From NCBI GenBank assembly GCA_965637545.1, contig OZ281494.1:14384001-14448000 (forward strand): a stretch of DNA of 64,000 nt, given 5' to 3'. Shown piece after piece: positions 39,301-52,181 of this stretch; the stretch's first letter is position 1; each line of letters begins with the position of its first letter. A program made the position numbers and the translations under genes. Source of the DNA: Phallusia mammillata (taxonomy: Eukaryota). Below the pieces are notes generated by a model. It did not search any database. It worked only from the letters and a program-made list of their open reading frames with translations, and was not told the DNA's origin.

Positions 39301-41828
39301 AATGTGTAAAGGGGGAAATGTTGTGCGATGACAAGTGCGTGGCATCTAATCGTGTGTGTGACGGTACCACTGATTGCATCACTTCGGAAGTTGACGAGAG
39401 GTTTTGCTCCCTCCAAGGGCGACCACAGCCAATACCAGCAAACAAGAGCTACGCCTGTCACCCGATACCGAGCATGTTTCGACAACTGATATCCAACTTT
39501 AACCTTAGCCATATTGGGGAAGAGGCTTTTCAGAAGCGAGCTGTTCCGTACGTATGTCGTTAAACACCTTATTTTCTAATTCCCTCGCCACAATAAGATT
39601 TGCGTTTAGGTGCGACGGCAAAGTCGAGTGCTTGTTTTTTGAAGACGAATGCTCAATTGAAGCGAACTGTCCACAGAAACCGAATGTCTGCGAAACAATA
39701 CCATTAAAAAGGGTACATTTGAAAATTGCTGATCAAAAGTAGCTGAATCTAAAGTCTTTCAAGTTTAAATTTTTCAGATAGAACTGCCGAGTTTTATCCG
39801 TTCAGCTGTGACTGAACACAGTGACAAGAAAGTTCGGGAGTGTGGTATCTTTAAATATGTGGCAGGCCTGTCGGTTTGCAACGGCATCGAAGAATGCGAT
39901 CTCGGCGAGGATGAGACTGACTGCGACGCTACCAGATTCCAATGTAACGCCGGGACTGTAAAATGGTATTCTGGTATGTTACGTTAATGTTTTTTGCGGT
40001 TCGAAATAATTACGTAATAAGTTAGATCATTGCGGATTATTTTTCTAAATCTAACACATATTGATGATGAAACTATTTTGACAATTAGAAGCAAAGCAAT
40101 TTAAAAATAATCCTATTTAACACGTATAGTCCATATACGAAGTTGAAAGTTCCTTGATAACTTTCAGCTTGGGCAGAATTTAATTATGGATTAAAACGTT
40201 AGCACACTGATGCAAGTATCACGTTAAGTTTGGCGTTTTCCAGGACAAAGAAAAAAAGTTAGCGTGGCTTTGTCGGAAGTTTGTGATGGAAAAGTGAATT
40301 GTCTCGATAAATCGGATGAAAAAAATTGCAGCAACAAGACACATTTTTACTGCAACAACGAAAATCCTTTGTTTGTCGACAGACAAAAGGTAACAAAAAA
40401 GCATCAGTCATGCGTTTCTTGCGTGTTTATCTTGTTATTACTCACGTTTAACCTTTTCGTCTTGATATAAATTTGGAAATGACAAAGTTTCTAAAAATAG
40501 CATTACGTCTCGAAGCCATCTACTAACTTTCATCTCAACAGGTGCTTGATGGTCGAATTGACTGCACCGATTTATCCGATGAATGCCCTGAGGAATTCGG
40601 CGCCACGCACACGGTGTCTTCAAAAACAGACATGATTGCGTCTCCGGGACTCCGAGCGTTTGTGTGGATCATGGCCATACTGGCGTTGCTAGGCAACTGC
40701 ACTGTTGTGGTAATCACGTCCAGATATCTATACTCGGTGCGTCACAAGAAAAACGCCTCATCTATCGCTGCCATCAACAACATCCTTATCATTAACCTTG
40801 CGATTGCAGATTTTATGATGGGACTGTGCTTGATTATTATTGGTGTGAAATCAGTTCAATTCTCAGGTCAGTACTGCTTACGCGACCGACCTTGGCGGGC
40901 CAGTAGTGCGTGTAATGCAATCGGCGTTATAACGACTCTTTCCAGTGAAGCATCGGTGTTGACCCTCATTTGCTTAACCTCTTATCGGCTATACGGTGTT
41001 TTTCGCCCGTTTAAGAGTCGAGACATGCAGGTCCGTTGGGTTTTTGTGTGGATTTCTATTACATGGCTTGTTTCGCTCCTAATAGCACTTCTCCCGATAT
41101 CACGCGCCCTTGCGCCACAAATGGTCACAGACATGTTAATTCCTAGCACGCCATATTTTAAAACTGGCTCAGTGAAACTTTTTGAACTACATCAGTATGC
41201 TCTGCGTTTAACTGCTCTTCGTTCCATTTCGCGGCACTTATTTGTCCCAACCGATTGGCACGATCTGGTTCACTTTATAAACGATAAGTTCCCGGACAAA
41301 GCATTTAAACCGCTTGGCTTTCATGGCTTTTACAGCGCCAATGGCGTTTGTATGCCAAAATTTTATCGCCTTCATGGCGACGGTCCCGATTTCAACATCT
41401 ACTCTTCGGTGGTAATCACATTTAACTTTATAGCCTTGCTTTTTATTCTTGCCTCCTACATTGCAATTTACAAGCATTCGACCAAGTCCAACCATGTAAG
41501 AAACAAAGCGCAAAGTGGAAACAAAACCATGCAACGGAAAATATCCATTCTTATTGCTACCGACTTTTGCTGCTGGCTTCCGATCTGCATCATGACTTTT
41601 CTCAGCATGTCTGGTATGGTTATTCCCTCTTATGCGTACGCCTTTTCAGCAATCATCCTACTGCCCATCAACAGCGCCTTGAATCCAATTATCTATTCTA
41701 ACACACTGCCGATTGTTATTACTTTCATACGCCAGTTGCGTGGAAAGGTGGCGGCGATACAGCAATTGGCCAATCAGCCATCTACTGAACAAACCCTTGT
41801 TCGTTCCCAGGTCACGTCAACAGTCTGA
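36365..41828 (+). CDS. LDLa-repeat class A GPCR (RXFP/GRL101-like 7TM, no leucine-rich repeats)
   Basis: Exons 36365-36419 (signal peptide MNCQWFATVLALFIWECQG), 36708-36878, 37493-37615, 38260-39547, 39610-39712, 39778-~39973, 40244-40389, 40542-41828. About 15 canonical or degenerate LDLa modules (DCxDGSDE). 7TM with LRAFVW..GN, NLAIADFMMG, SSEASVLTL, GVCMP, TDFCCWLPI, LPINSALNPIIY, typical of RXFP/GRL101 receptors. Confidence 0.92.
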
Positions 41829-42960
41829 ATCAGAGGTCGAAAACCCCAGGCTCGTCAGCCAAGGGTGGATCTTCTGTTCAATGCGTCTGACTCTCAGACA
41901 AATCTCAGACAAAGTTTCCATTTCCTAACGCAGAAGTGTTGACTTAACACAAAACCAATCTTTTTGAGCACTTTAATTCATACGTTTTAGTGTTTAAAGT
42001 AAAAAATGTAGTGTATGCCTCTTACGAAACTAACCATTCGAAAATCCCGACCCCTGGTCTAAAGTGTCACCACTCAATATGTGTGCAAACTGAAATCTTT
42101 TGTTCAACATTAATTAACTGAGGAAATTTTTAAGTTTAAAAAGTAATTGCGGCGTGTGGCGTTATATGCCCTTAATGTCTTGTTGATAGTAGGTTTCCAT
42201 AACTTATGTTGTCAATGCAAGTAAACTCGTTAAGGATCACCGAACACATAATTTTCATGTTAAAAAGGATTTTCCGGACTTCATGACTGGCATTTTTGAT
42301 AATTGGTCGTTTTACATACTTGGTTCGGTAATGTTTACTTTTTTAATGTAAGTGAACTTAAGTAAAGTTTGATCGGGGGAGACAAACATAAAAATGAATA
42401 TCTTTTTGCGAAATTTTAGTGTATCACCAGTTATCATTATTCTTTCATAAGTCACCGGCTCATCATGATGTATTTCCCAGTTTATTGTGCGCGTTTTATT
42501 TAGGAGTAAATTGTGATTTTCGAAACAATATGAAAATAAGGTTATCGAGGTGGGAGACGTTTGTACTCTATTGTTTCTATTTACTATGCGCTTTTCATGT
42601 GCACTTTACTTCCTAGTTTTAAAAGCTTTTGTTTGGTATTGACATGACCTGTTTTTAAAATGCACATAACCAGTTTTATGATTTAAATGTTTGCCTTTTA
42701 ATTGATCGGGTATATTCATATGCATTGTTTTGCACCTTTAAACTCCTGTTGGACAACCAACTGCTGTGCCGTGAGCGAAGTGCGAGATGTAAACAAAATA
42801 TAAACGCGAAAAAGATAAGACCAGCACGTGAAAACATCTGCTAACTGGGCAAATAACTATTATACGACGAAAAACATAGCACTATACACACAACTGTACA
42901 AACTGTCAGATCACAACATCTGAAAAAACAAACTGTCAAAATCACTTTGTCAACTCTTGC

Positions 42961-45900
42961 TTACAGCTCATGTGCTCCTTTGTATTTACGTTTGTACCGA
43001 GTTTTTCTAGAGAACATGGCAAACATGAGACCGACGGTAACTAGTAGAATAATGGACGCTGCGGCGAATAGAATGTAATCTCCCACTGTATTTTCTTGTT
43101 TTTCATCTTCCATTGAAAGCCCAACTCCGTCACGTGATTCAACTCGCCACGGTTTTTCGCTCCTGACTGAAGAAAAAGAAAACGCTTTTGCAGTAATTTG
43201 ATGACTATTTAAGGGGAAATATCGACTATTTAAGGGGAAATATCGCTTTCACACACAAATGCCTAATGTTTTAGTGGTTTATTCGACAGCGGTTCAGAAA
43301 TCTAATATTCTTTGAGGTAGGTTGCCGACTTTTGTGACAACTAATTACAAATTCCAGCAAAGCAAAAATGTTTGTTTGCAGTTAAAAATTGCCTAACACA
43401 AGCAAATAAAACGATTTGGTTTGTTGCAAGCAGGTAACTTACGTTTGCAAGATTTCTGATCATTTTGAAGAACATAACCGACTGAGCACGAACACAGAAC
43501 GTGGCCAAGATCATCTTCGCTGCACATGTGAGCACAGCCTCCGTTTATCTTTACAACAGGAAAATAACTTTAAAACAGTCGCATAATGCTTTTAAGCAGT
43601 GACCTGCAACCTTTTTTTATCTTTAACGTATGACAAGATTAGGCCGCGGACCGCACCTTTGCTTTTTGCATACTATATAGTTTACAAACATTTTACAGCT
43701 ACAAGTAATTTTAATCGTATGAAATACAATCTTCTCCGCTGACTGCGCAACCTTTATTTAATAGCCCGCAGATTGCTTTCGCCTGTTTTAAAGTACAAAA
43801 CATTACGACCAATTTCTTGTAGTGCCACTTGAATAATGTGCACTTTGCTGGAGACTAACAGGCTTAAATTAAGTTTTGTAGAAATTTTGGGCCAAAGCGT
43901 TCATGTTCGCAAACTTTCGTGATGAAAACATAATAAGCGTAGTGCAAAGAAAAGGTACAAATATGGTTTTGGTTCAAATTGAAAAACTATAACTTAGAAC
44001 ACTGACAGCTTATGCTGTTATTTTTCTTACAAATTCTGCAGACGAATTATTTCAATGCAATACCAACTGTGGTTACCGTTGTTGTTTCGATGGTGTGAAC
44101 GGAAACGCTTAGTTGCTACATAACGTAAGCTTAAAATGATGTTTCGTAAACTTATGACAGTTATTATGTGTTTAGTCAACTACAAGCGTCTTATGATAAA
44201 TGCAAATTTTAAATCAAAAATTTGAACAATATTTTAAAAGCGTTCTGATCCAGAGAATATTCTAAAAAAGTAGTTTCTTTAAAAAAAGTACTCCTATTTT
44301 TAATTAGGCAAAAAGTTGGTCAAACTAACTTTTCCACATGCTGTTCCGAATCCTCGTATTCTTACAGGTCCTACAGTAATCAGATGACTTTGTATTGACC
44401 TCTTGCGTCTGGCTTCTGACAGGCCCACGCAATTCTGCTCGTCAAAACGTAAATTGATCATCAAAATAGACCTCGTAACTTAATGAAAAATACCTTGGAC
44501 GTGCATGTATCGTTTAGCACTGTATCGCAAACCGCCACATCGCAATGAAGATACACCATTTGTTTAGCCAGAGTGAGGCCTGCCCATGTAAAAGCTTTTA
44601 CAGCAAATCGAGCTTGAGAAGAGTAGTAATTTTCATAAAGAAGCACGGAAGTAGAATCACTAAGATTCGCAGCGCAACTAAAAATATTACATATTTGTGG
44701 TTATTATTTGATTACTTAAGATAAACATAAATTCTTAGCTGAAAACTGAAGCCTTGAAGCGCTAATGTGAAGCAGAGACCACGGCACACTTATTAAGAAA
44801 ATAATAGTACGTGAGACCAATTAAAGAAGTTATACCGATTTATACCGGGCTCCCAAACATTCCCATATATGCCATGTTAAATGTAGACCTACGTAGGTTA
44901 TATATAGACCTTAAAATCTAAATAGCTTACCCACTGGCGATAATGGCGTACTGTCGTGCGCCAGTTGAATCACTAGTTGGTGTCGCCCAACATGTGACTG
45001 CCTGAAAAACATTTTGACCGTTAGTGTACCGCAGTATTTTAGAAGTTCTTTTGTTTCTTGGGTGGCTGTTATTGTAATCGACAACAAAACAGAAAAACGG
45101 TATAGTCAATCTTGTAAGTTACACTGGGTAGTTTAAAAACCTAAAAACCGCTGTGTACCATATAACATTTGAAAAATCCCATTTTACAACGTCACTGCAC
45201 ATGTGCGCTAACAAAATCAAAATTATGATTTTTGTGAGATTGATAACGATTTCGTTACTAACATGAAAAAAATATTCTGCAGATGCATCATCCAAGATTA
45301 TCATGCATATTGTGCATACAATATGTATATAAACCTGAGTGTGGAAAGCATGACACTGGACTTACCTGCAGCACAAGGTAATTCGCATTTCCATCGGTAA
45401 ATGTCAGACCAACGTAAATGTAAGATGGTACGGTAAGAGTGAGATCGCCCGCTACCGGCACGGAAAAAGTTGAATCGTTAAAAAGGGCCATGGCAATCGC
45501 AAGTTCGACCGAGACAGGCGTGAAGGACAAACTAGAAGATCTAATTGCAAACAAAAAAACAGTAATAATTATTTCGACCACGCTCGTAAAATTAACAACT
45601 TACGATACATGACAGATTCCAGATTGGAAAGTTTTATTTTTGCGCGAAGGATATTTTTTTCGTCAAAATAATTGCGCGGATTTTTGCGCGGAATTACAAT
45701 TTTCTGCGCGGATTGATAGACTTTTGATTGACAGGTGGATTTAACGATTACCGCAATTTGTATGTAACGCGTGCAAGACTATCCAGCCGACAAAAAGAAC
45801 AACTAAATAAAGTAATAAACACTGGGGTCCGCGGTCCTTTAGGGGTCCGTGAGGCAATTTTGGGGGGACCGCGAAGCGGTTGAAGTAATTCTATTATCTT

Positions 45901-48580
45901 ATTTGGCGTCGGTTTGTGCCACTAAATAAGTTTAAATCAAAGTAGAGTTAAGAATCGACTGTCTCCATTGCTAAACAATGGCCTTTATTGAATGACAACT
46001 ATCAAAAATGCAATTATTCGCGCACAATCGTAATGTTTTTGTCCTGTTAGTGATGTCACATGCTGTATTTGGATGATTGTTATGCGCAATCGGGCATAAC
46101 TTGCTAAAACCCTGCAATCAACTTTCGTTTTTATGAAATACACATTTAGGCTTAAGGACCGCGAGCCCTCGAAATAATGGCAAAGGGACCGTTTTGAAAA
46201 AAATATGAAAAAGTTTGGGAACCACTGTGCTAGATTCTACAATTTTTCATTTTTATAACGATTCAAACATTTTGCTGATTTGTTTCATGGGGATAGTTTG
46301 TGATTGCCAAACTGCTCTTAACTGTTTTTAATTATTTGTCATGCAGAAAACATTATTTCATGTAACTTGCCCAGCCGACAGTCACTTTAATAGTCAAACT
46401 ACGTCCTAAAAATACAGATAAATGTACTTTTAACGACTACGTTAGCGAAATAGAAATGTTATTTCAAGCGTGACGTTCGACAAGTTTCGATGTGCTTGAC
46501 TGATTTGCGTGGATTGTTCGTGAAATAAGGCTTGTGACGACATAGAACTTCATTGTGCAACGTAAATATAAAATTTTAAAGAAAGTTTATTGTAGTTACC
46601 TACGAAAGCTGTGCTAAGTTGCGCGGACAAAATTTTTTTCGTGGATTACACGTAAGAAGCCTAAATTTGCGCGGATTACAAGGGGAAATCCAAAATATTG
46701 CGCGGAGGATTTATCCTCCATTCTTTCCAATCTGTAACAGATACAGATACACTGGACGTTTAGTTTTTCGTCGAAATGCAAGCTCGTATTGTCGCAAAAC
46801 ATCTTTGCTGACATAGGCTTTATTCGCTTTTGTTCTATTTTTAGTCTATTTATGTTTAACCCACAATAATATCCAATCTGTTAAAAGTCAAGAAGGTCCA
46901 GCGAGTTTATACTGTACTGAAAACCAGCAAGTGAGCAAGCCATGTTTTTCGGCAATTGGTCTAGATTGTTACCTTTCTATGTAGAACTCACCCGATTAAG
47001 ATAAAATATTTATAAGCCTTTTTTTTAACCTAAATTCAACAAAAACGGGACGTACTGCAAAGGCGCTGCCAGCTGTAAAGTCGATCGCACACCGAGCACG
47101 TAGATACAACTGAACCGGAAAGAAATATCCACTCCGCGTTGCGTGACTGGTTGGATGTTGGGATTTGCAAACGAGTTTATGGCGTAGTTGTATATTGAGT
47201 GGGTGGAGTTGCTCTAAAGATAAACACAGACTATTGAGGTTTTCATCCCTCGTACAAACCATGTTGTGACAAAAAAAAATTACATCTGGTTTTAGTGTTT
47301 AAGCTGAAATAAAATATACACATTAACTACATATTTCTTTAATGATCTTATCTTCACCGAAAACAACAACAAAACTTCACACTCAAAAGTTTTAAAATAA
47401 AATCATTTTCTATGTTAATTTCCAATTATTGGGCCAGGTTTGTGTCTTATATCTACTCTATAGTAAATGCTGATTATGTTTTCGGTGCCTCTGCTTTACT
47501 TGCCGATTGGGTTGGTGAACAGTCCGTAATATTGATCGTAAAAACGGTGTCATTTCCTTGTAATCTCGGAGTACATCCGCTTGCAACGTCGCTCATTGTG
47601 ACGTTGGTCAATGTTGGGCTGGTTATTCCGATTTCCTCAGTCGAGTTATGTCCAAGGCACTGGACAGCGCATGCGCCCATTCTTTAAAAAAAACAATGCG
47701 ATTTTTAAACTTAAATGTGCTGTAGGTCGAATATAGTAACTGCTGAAGTTTTATTCAAGTTAACTCCACTGTATGTTTAAATGTTGCCAAACAAGACAAG
47801 AGTTATAATTGCGCCCAAACATTATTCTCTATCCCTCTCTTAAAAAAAAAAAGTTTCATCTAAATTTTTAAGATTTTTTTTCAATATTTGCGATTTATTT
47901 ACACAAATAGATTTATTTTGCACCGGTGCTTAATATACTAAACATTTAACTGCATGTTCCCCGACTTAAATTATGTAGGGCACGAAATCTTTGTTTTACT
48001 GGCAGTTGCGTGTATGCGATAAATCTCTCCATTTTAATTTGATAAAAGAAGAGGGTTAAAAGTCAAGCACCTGGCTTCCACTGTGGCAGTTCCACAAGAA
48101 ATACGTAGATCAGTAAAAGTGAGCAACGAGTTTTGATCAATAACTGGTGGTGGAGTGGTCGTAGTACACGCGGCTAAAACAAAATTATTTATTGTAAGCA
48201 TTCGTAAGATTAATCATAAAGTAAGTACATTTTTTAAACGAAGGTTAGTGTTTAAATAAATAACAAAACAAACGGATTTTATACTCTACAGTTGTTACGT
48301 TAGTTTTTTTCTTAACACGGAATCTTTTGTTGAACAAAGATTTGTATTTTTATTTGCATCACTATAACATACAAAATTAGGGTTTGAATTATAAACGTAC
48401 CACAAGGGTTTGTACAAAACCAAGAAAGTGCACAATTTGTGTGTAATAAAAACCTAGTTTTCAGATGTCATTTGCAGCACAAATAATTGTACGCTTTTAA
48501 CAATGTTATCTTCGCTTACTTGCTTCTGTTTCTCGCGGTATGACCAACCACCATGCCATGACGGTAAGTACCGTCAACAT
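42961..48580 (-). CDS. Zona pellucida (ZP) domain protein: signal peptide - ZP-N/ZP-C - furin site - EGF - TM - short basic tail
   Basis: Exons 48580-48520 (MLTVLTVMAWWLVIPRETEA), 48173-48071, 47681-47504, 47213-~47056 (SNSTHSIYNYAI..FSCIY), 45540-45366, ~45002-44931 (CWATP), 44677-44494 (ARFAVKAFTW..VYLHCDVAVC), ~44434-44330 (RRKRS, ITVGPV), ~43548-43443 (NGGCAHMC..CSCSVGYVLQNDQKSC), ~43166-42961 (TM YILFAAASIILLVTVGLMFAMF, ...GAHEL*). Confidence 0.9.
43203..43244. repeat. 21-bp tandem duplication in ZP intron
   Basis: GACTATTTAAGGGGAAATATC x2, exact. Confidence 0.9.
45620..46734. mobile_element. Probable older TIR element in ZP intron, hosting a nested MITE
   Basis: Inverted ends CAGATTGGAAAG / CTTTCCAATCTG, with clusters of TGCGCGGA repeats near both ends. 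TSD imperfect and offset. Confidence 0.5.
45821..46227. mobile_element. Second, inverted copy of the 19389-19808 MITE, one TIR truncated
   Basis: Reverse complement aligns along the length of 19389-19795. Ends AAAGTTTGGGAACCACTG. Confidence 0.88.
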
Positions 48581-49531
48581 GCCTGAAAGTGAATCTTCAC
48601 CAATGTCAACAGCAGGTCATCCGACTATATTCCAAGCACAGGAGAACAAACGCCTATACTACAGAATGCAAGTTCTGCATCGGCTGATTTTGCTTATTAA
48701 CCAATACAGGTAAGCATGCGAAATGTTACCTGTGGCAAATATTGTGGGAAACAATGCTGTATCTGGTCTTTTTTTCAAGTTTCGATCTACTTCCGCGTCC
48801 GGTGTTTAGACTGCGCCCCGCTGAATCAAAGCGCTGACATTGTAACTGCATCCGTTAAACTGCGTCGGTTCACAATTGTTCATTTATGGTTGTGCCTTTT
48901 GTTTTATGCGCCTTATCATTTTCAATTTCTATCCTTCAACGTCTCCAAAAAAAATTAAACTAAACTTTGTAATAACTAACGTGAAACGATCTGAAAATGC
49001 TGCATTGCGTTATTGGGAAGGATTAATAGGCAGTGCTTTAGTTTTTTACACAATTCTTATCCTGCCTGCTAAAAAGAGTTTAAATCCACCAATATTGGTT
49101 TGAAGTAAATTGCCCCTTTAAAAAAAAAATTAAGCGCGCCATCTATACGCCTGGCGCTTGTTTTGTAAACTGTAAACATCCACTCGCGACCTAATTTTAC
49201 ACGTTTTGTGCCCCAAAATTATTTGATCTTGGGGCATAATTGACGTTCTTAAAGCATCGCTGCAGCGTTATTCGTTTTTGTCCGTATCATGAGTTTGTAC
49301 CTCGTCAGTCATTTCACAAAAAAAGATAAAAAAAAACATGCCAAATCAAGCAGTCGCTTAAAAGAACCAAACATAGGAAACAGTCAATAGAAGCTAGAAA
49401 TAAGCATTTACGTGTAAATTTTCGTGCACCTAAAACTCTGTAGTACAGCGCTCGAGTTACAGGTTTATGTTAATGTTTGCTCGTGTGTGTGATATATATT
49501 ACGCCTCGCCACAAATTAAAAGGGTACCACT

Positions 49532-49710
49532 CAGTGGTGGCATTAAAATTTGTGTTAGTCGGTATTATCATAAAAGTCATATTTTTCAGCCGGTTCATTG
49601 ACAGTAAATCCATTGACAGTAACCAGGAATGCTAACCGGTTCGCTGATCTCATCAAATTTCGTGAGACGGTTCTATAGAACCGGTGCGAACCGGCTGATA
49701 CCCACCGCTG
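49532..49710. mobile_element. hAT-type MITE, same family as 17112-17288
   Basis: Ends CAGTGGTGG / CCCACCGCTG. TSD GTACCACT/GTACCACC. Shared internal sequence GGTTCGCTGATCTCAT..AAATTT.GTGAGACGGTT..A.AGAACCGGTGC. Confidence 0.85.
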
Positions 49711-51268
49711 GTACCACCGTTCTTAACCTTCCAAGCACATGTGTTTGTCAGGACAAAGTCATAGAAACTCCCAAACAGGTGTAGTGGACCGTGACGCAAA
49801 ACGTTCAAGTTGTGTAAAGTATCAATGTTACGTCATATTTCGCATTCGATTTTGTATCCAAAGTTGGTTGTGTTCGTTTGATTGCCTGGTGTACTTCGGT
49901 CAGGAATTTTTATTGTTTTATACGTGGTAGCGAAAACAACTTTTGATTGTTTTGATTTCGCCTTAAGCAACTGGACAACAAAACTCATGTCAAGAATAAT
50001 AGTCACAGGAGCTACTCACATAAACTTCAACCTTTAGCGTTGTGTACAAATGACTTTACACCCTGACGACCTTGACAACGGCTCGTGTACGCTGATTAAT
50101 TATTTCTTATACATTGGACTCTCACGGCTATATAAGTCAGATAATTTCATGCAAAAAATTAGTGGTTTCAGTGGTTACTTTGGACTCCAAAGTTTGGAGT
50201 GTCAAAAGGTTTTAGGAAACGGTTTAGTTTTTTAAGAGATTTGTCGCCTTTGTCGCTGTCTAGTTTGTATAGGCTAAATTAAAACTCGAAGGTTATGTTT
50301 TTGTGATTGGAGTCTTCGTCATTTTAAGAATCACTATTGTTTAACTTTAAACAAACGTAGATACCTTTTAGGAGTCAGATAAACGGAGTTAACGCTTGTT
50401 TAACTTTAATTGCCATCAATAAATTTGCTGAAGTATAGGCTACACAGGTGTCCTGCACTTCGGTTTGTTTGTTTTTTACTTCTTGACAAAAGAAAGCAAC
50501 ACGCTGATATAAGCAAGCACAAGTCAAATAGAAGGATTAGAAATAAGGATTACAACAAAAGAGCTGAAATAAAGCGATTGTATATATACCACGAATAAAA
50601 GCGTTTAATTATACACATGTGCCCTTGTGATTGGCTCGTACACCAATAATGCAAAAAGCAGCGTCCAGTCACAGCACAGGGCAAAACATAGGCCTATGGT
50701 TACGGTTAAAACACGTAAACCCCAGATCACAAAGTCGCACACCTACATCTAAATTAACTGTGACAGAAAATATTGAAAAGTTCAAATGTGATATTGATAA
50801 GTCGAGTCGAAACCAGCTAATTTCGTCAACTATTGCAAAATTTGCACGAAATAATGTCGCAATCGGTCTCAGTAGCCTAGGCTAGCTACTCATCAGTTAA
50901 GACGATTTTTAGGTCTAATTAAAAATGGTTAGCAACGAAATCCTTAAAATAGTCTTGTTTAGCGCACAAACATCAACAAGTCTGTGTGTTTACGCATTTT
51001 CAGCAGTAGCCTATAGTTTGTAAAAGAATGTGACAAAACCAATGCAAGTTGGTGACTCGCATAAACTAAAATTTAGTTTATTTAGTTACTAAATCATCGG
51101 AAAATAAGTTCATGCGGTAAAGTCAAATTTATTTCCCTTTTGGTGACTTGTTATAGGCTACCAATCCAATATTGAAATACCTAGGCGGCCAAACTCTATA
51201 GAAAATAGATTGGCTGTTTGATAGATAGACTTTGTAGGCGGCTAGGCCTATAATAAACTCTAAAACTC

Positions 51269-51677
51269 GGGCTACTCTAAAATACGCAATCTACTAACAC
51301 AAACTAACTAAGATGTTGTCGGTTAGGGCTATTAGGGTCAGGGTGAGGGTTTGTGGTACAAATAACTTTATAATTTAATTTCAGATGCCTTTCAGGTCTA
51401 ATTTTCTCACAAGTGTCAACATGCGGTACCATACAGTGTTTAGTACCACTCTCAACACATAAGAGAATATTAAGCCCAAACTGGACATCTAAAAGTAAAT
51501 TATAGTGTCATTTTTTTTATAAACCTTCACCCAGACCCTAAAAGCCCTAACCGTCAACATTTTTTAAGGTTGCATACGTTTTATAAGTAGATTGCGTACA
51601 GATTGCGTAGATTGCGTAGATTGCGTAGATTGCGTAGATTGCGTAGATTGCGTAGATTGCGTATTTTAGAGGAGCCC
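51269..51677. mobile_element. Foldback/MITE with long TIRs and telomere-like subterminal repeats
   Basis: GGGCTACTCTAAAATACGCAATCTACT versus the inverted GTAGATTGCGTATTTTAGAGGAGCCC. Internal inverted GTTAGGGCTATTAGGGTCAGGGTGAGGG / CCTTCACCCAGACCCTAAAAGCCCTAAC. Confidence 0.75.
51589..51662 (+). repeat. 9-bp tandem repeat (AGATTGCGT), 8 copies
   Basis: One copy at 51589-51597, then 7 contiguous perfect copies at 51600-51662, within the right TIR of the foldback element. Confidence 0.95.
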
Positions 51678-52181
51678 ATAATAAACCCACCGCAAGATGA
51701 CGCTAAGAGTATGATAACTTTCGTGCACGCCGTCGAGAAAAAAGAAACTTAAAAAATAAATGTCCATTCAACAATGAATGACATTTTTCGAGACAGGGTT
51801 AGTGCGAGCTGTGAGGTGTTAAGTGATGCTGGAATGGTTACAGTTTGGGCGAATGTATGTGTTCTGCACGTGCGCCTGTGATGCGCATTTGTAGTTCTAA
51901 TTGGACAAGACAGGGGCGTGACTATTTGGACGGTTGTGTTTGGGTTTTCGCGCGTCCATTGATGTAAAATGTTTGTTGCGTTGTTGAACATGTGAATCAA
52001 AGTCGTTGACTAACAACAGTTTTTTTGATATTCTTAATGTTTAGTTAGCAGAAAAGGAGTTAAGGAGCGTAAACAAAAATTGTAAAGTGTATTTTTATGG
52101 GGGGTTTTTCTGCAAGGCAATTATTCTTTGGAATTTGTAATTTTCAGGCACTTCAATTAGATTCGTCTTTAAAAGAGTACA

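Noticed and set aside
38549-39512. Multiple overlapping ORFs on both strands over the LDLa exon
   Set aside because: By-products of a long, GC-richer Cys/Asp-rich coding exon, with no independent motifs.
42961-42975. C-terminal AHEL of the ZP protein as a KDEL-like ER retention signal
   Set aside because: It lies on the cytoplasmic side of the TM segment, where KDEL receptors cannot bind.
51589-51662. Short regular repeats as a CRISPR-like array
   Set aside because: No spacers; simple 9-bp tandem repeat in eukaryotic DNA.
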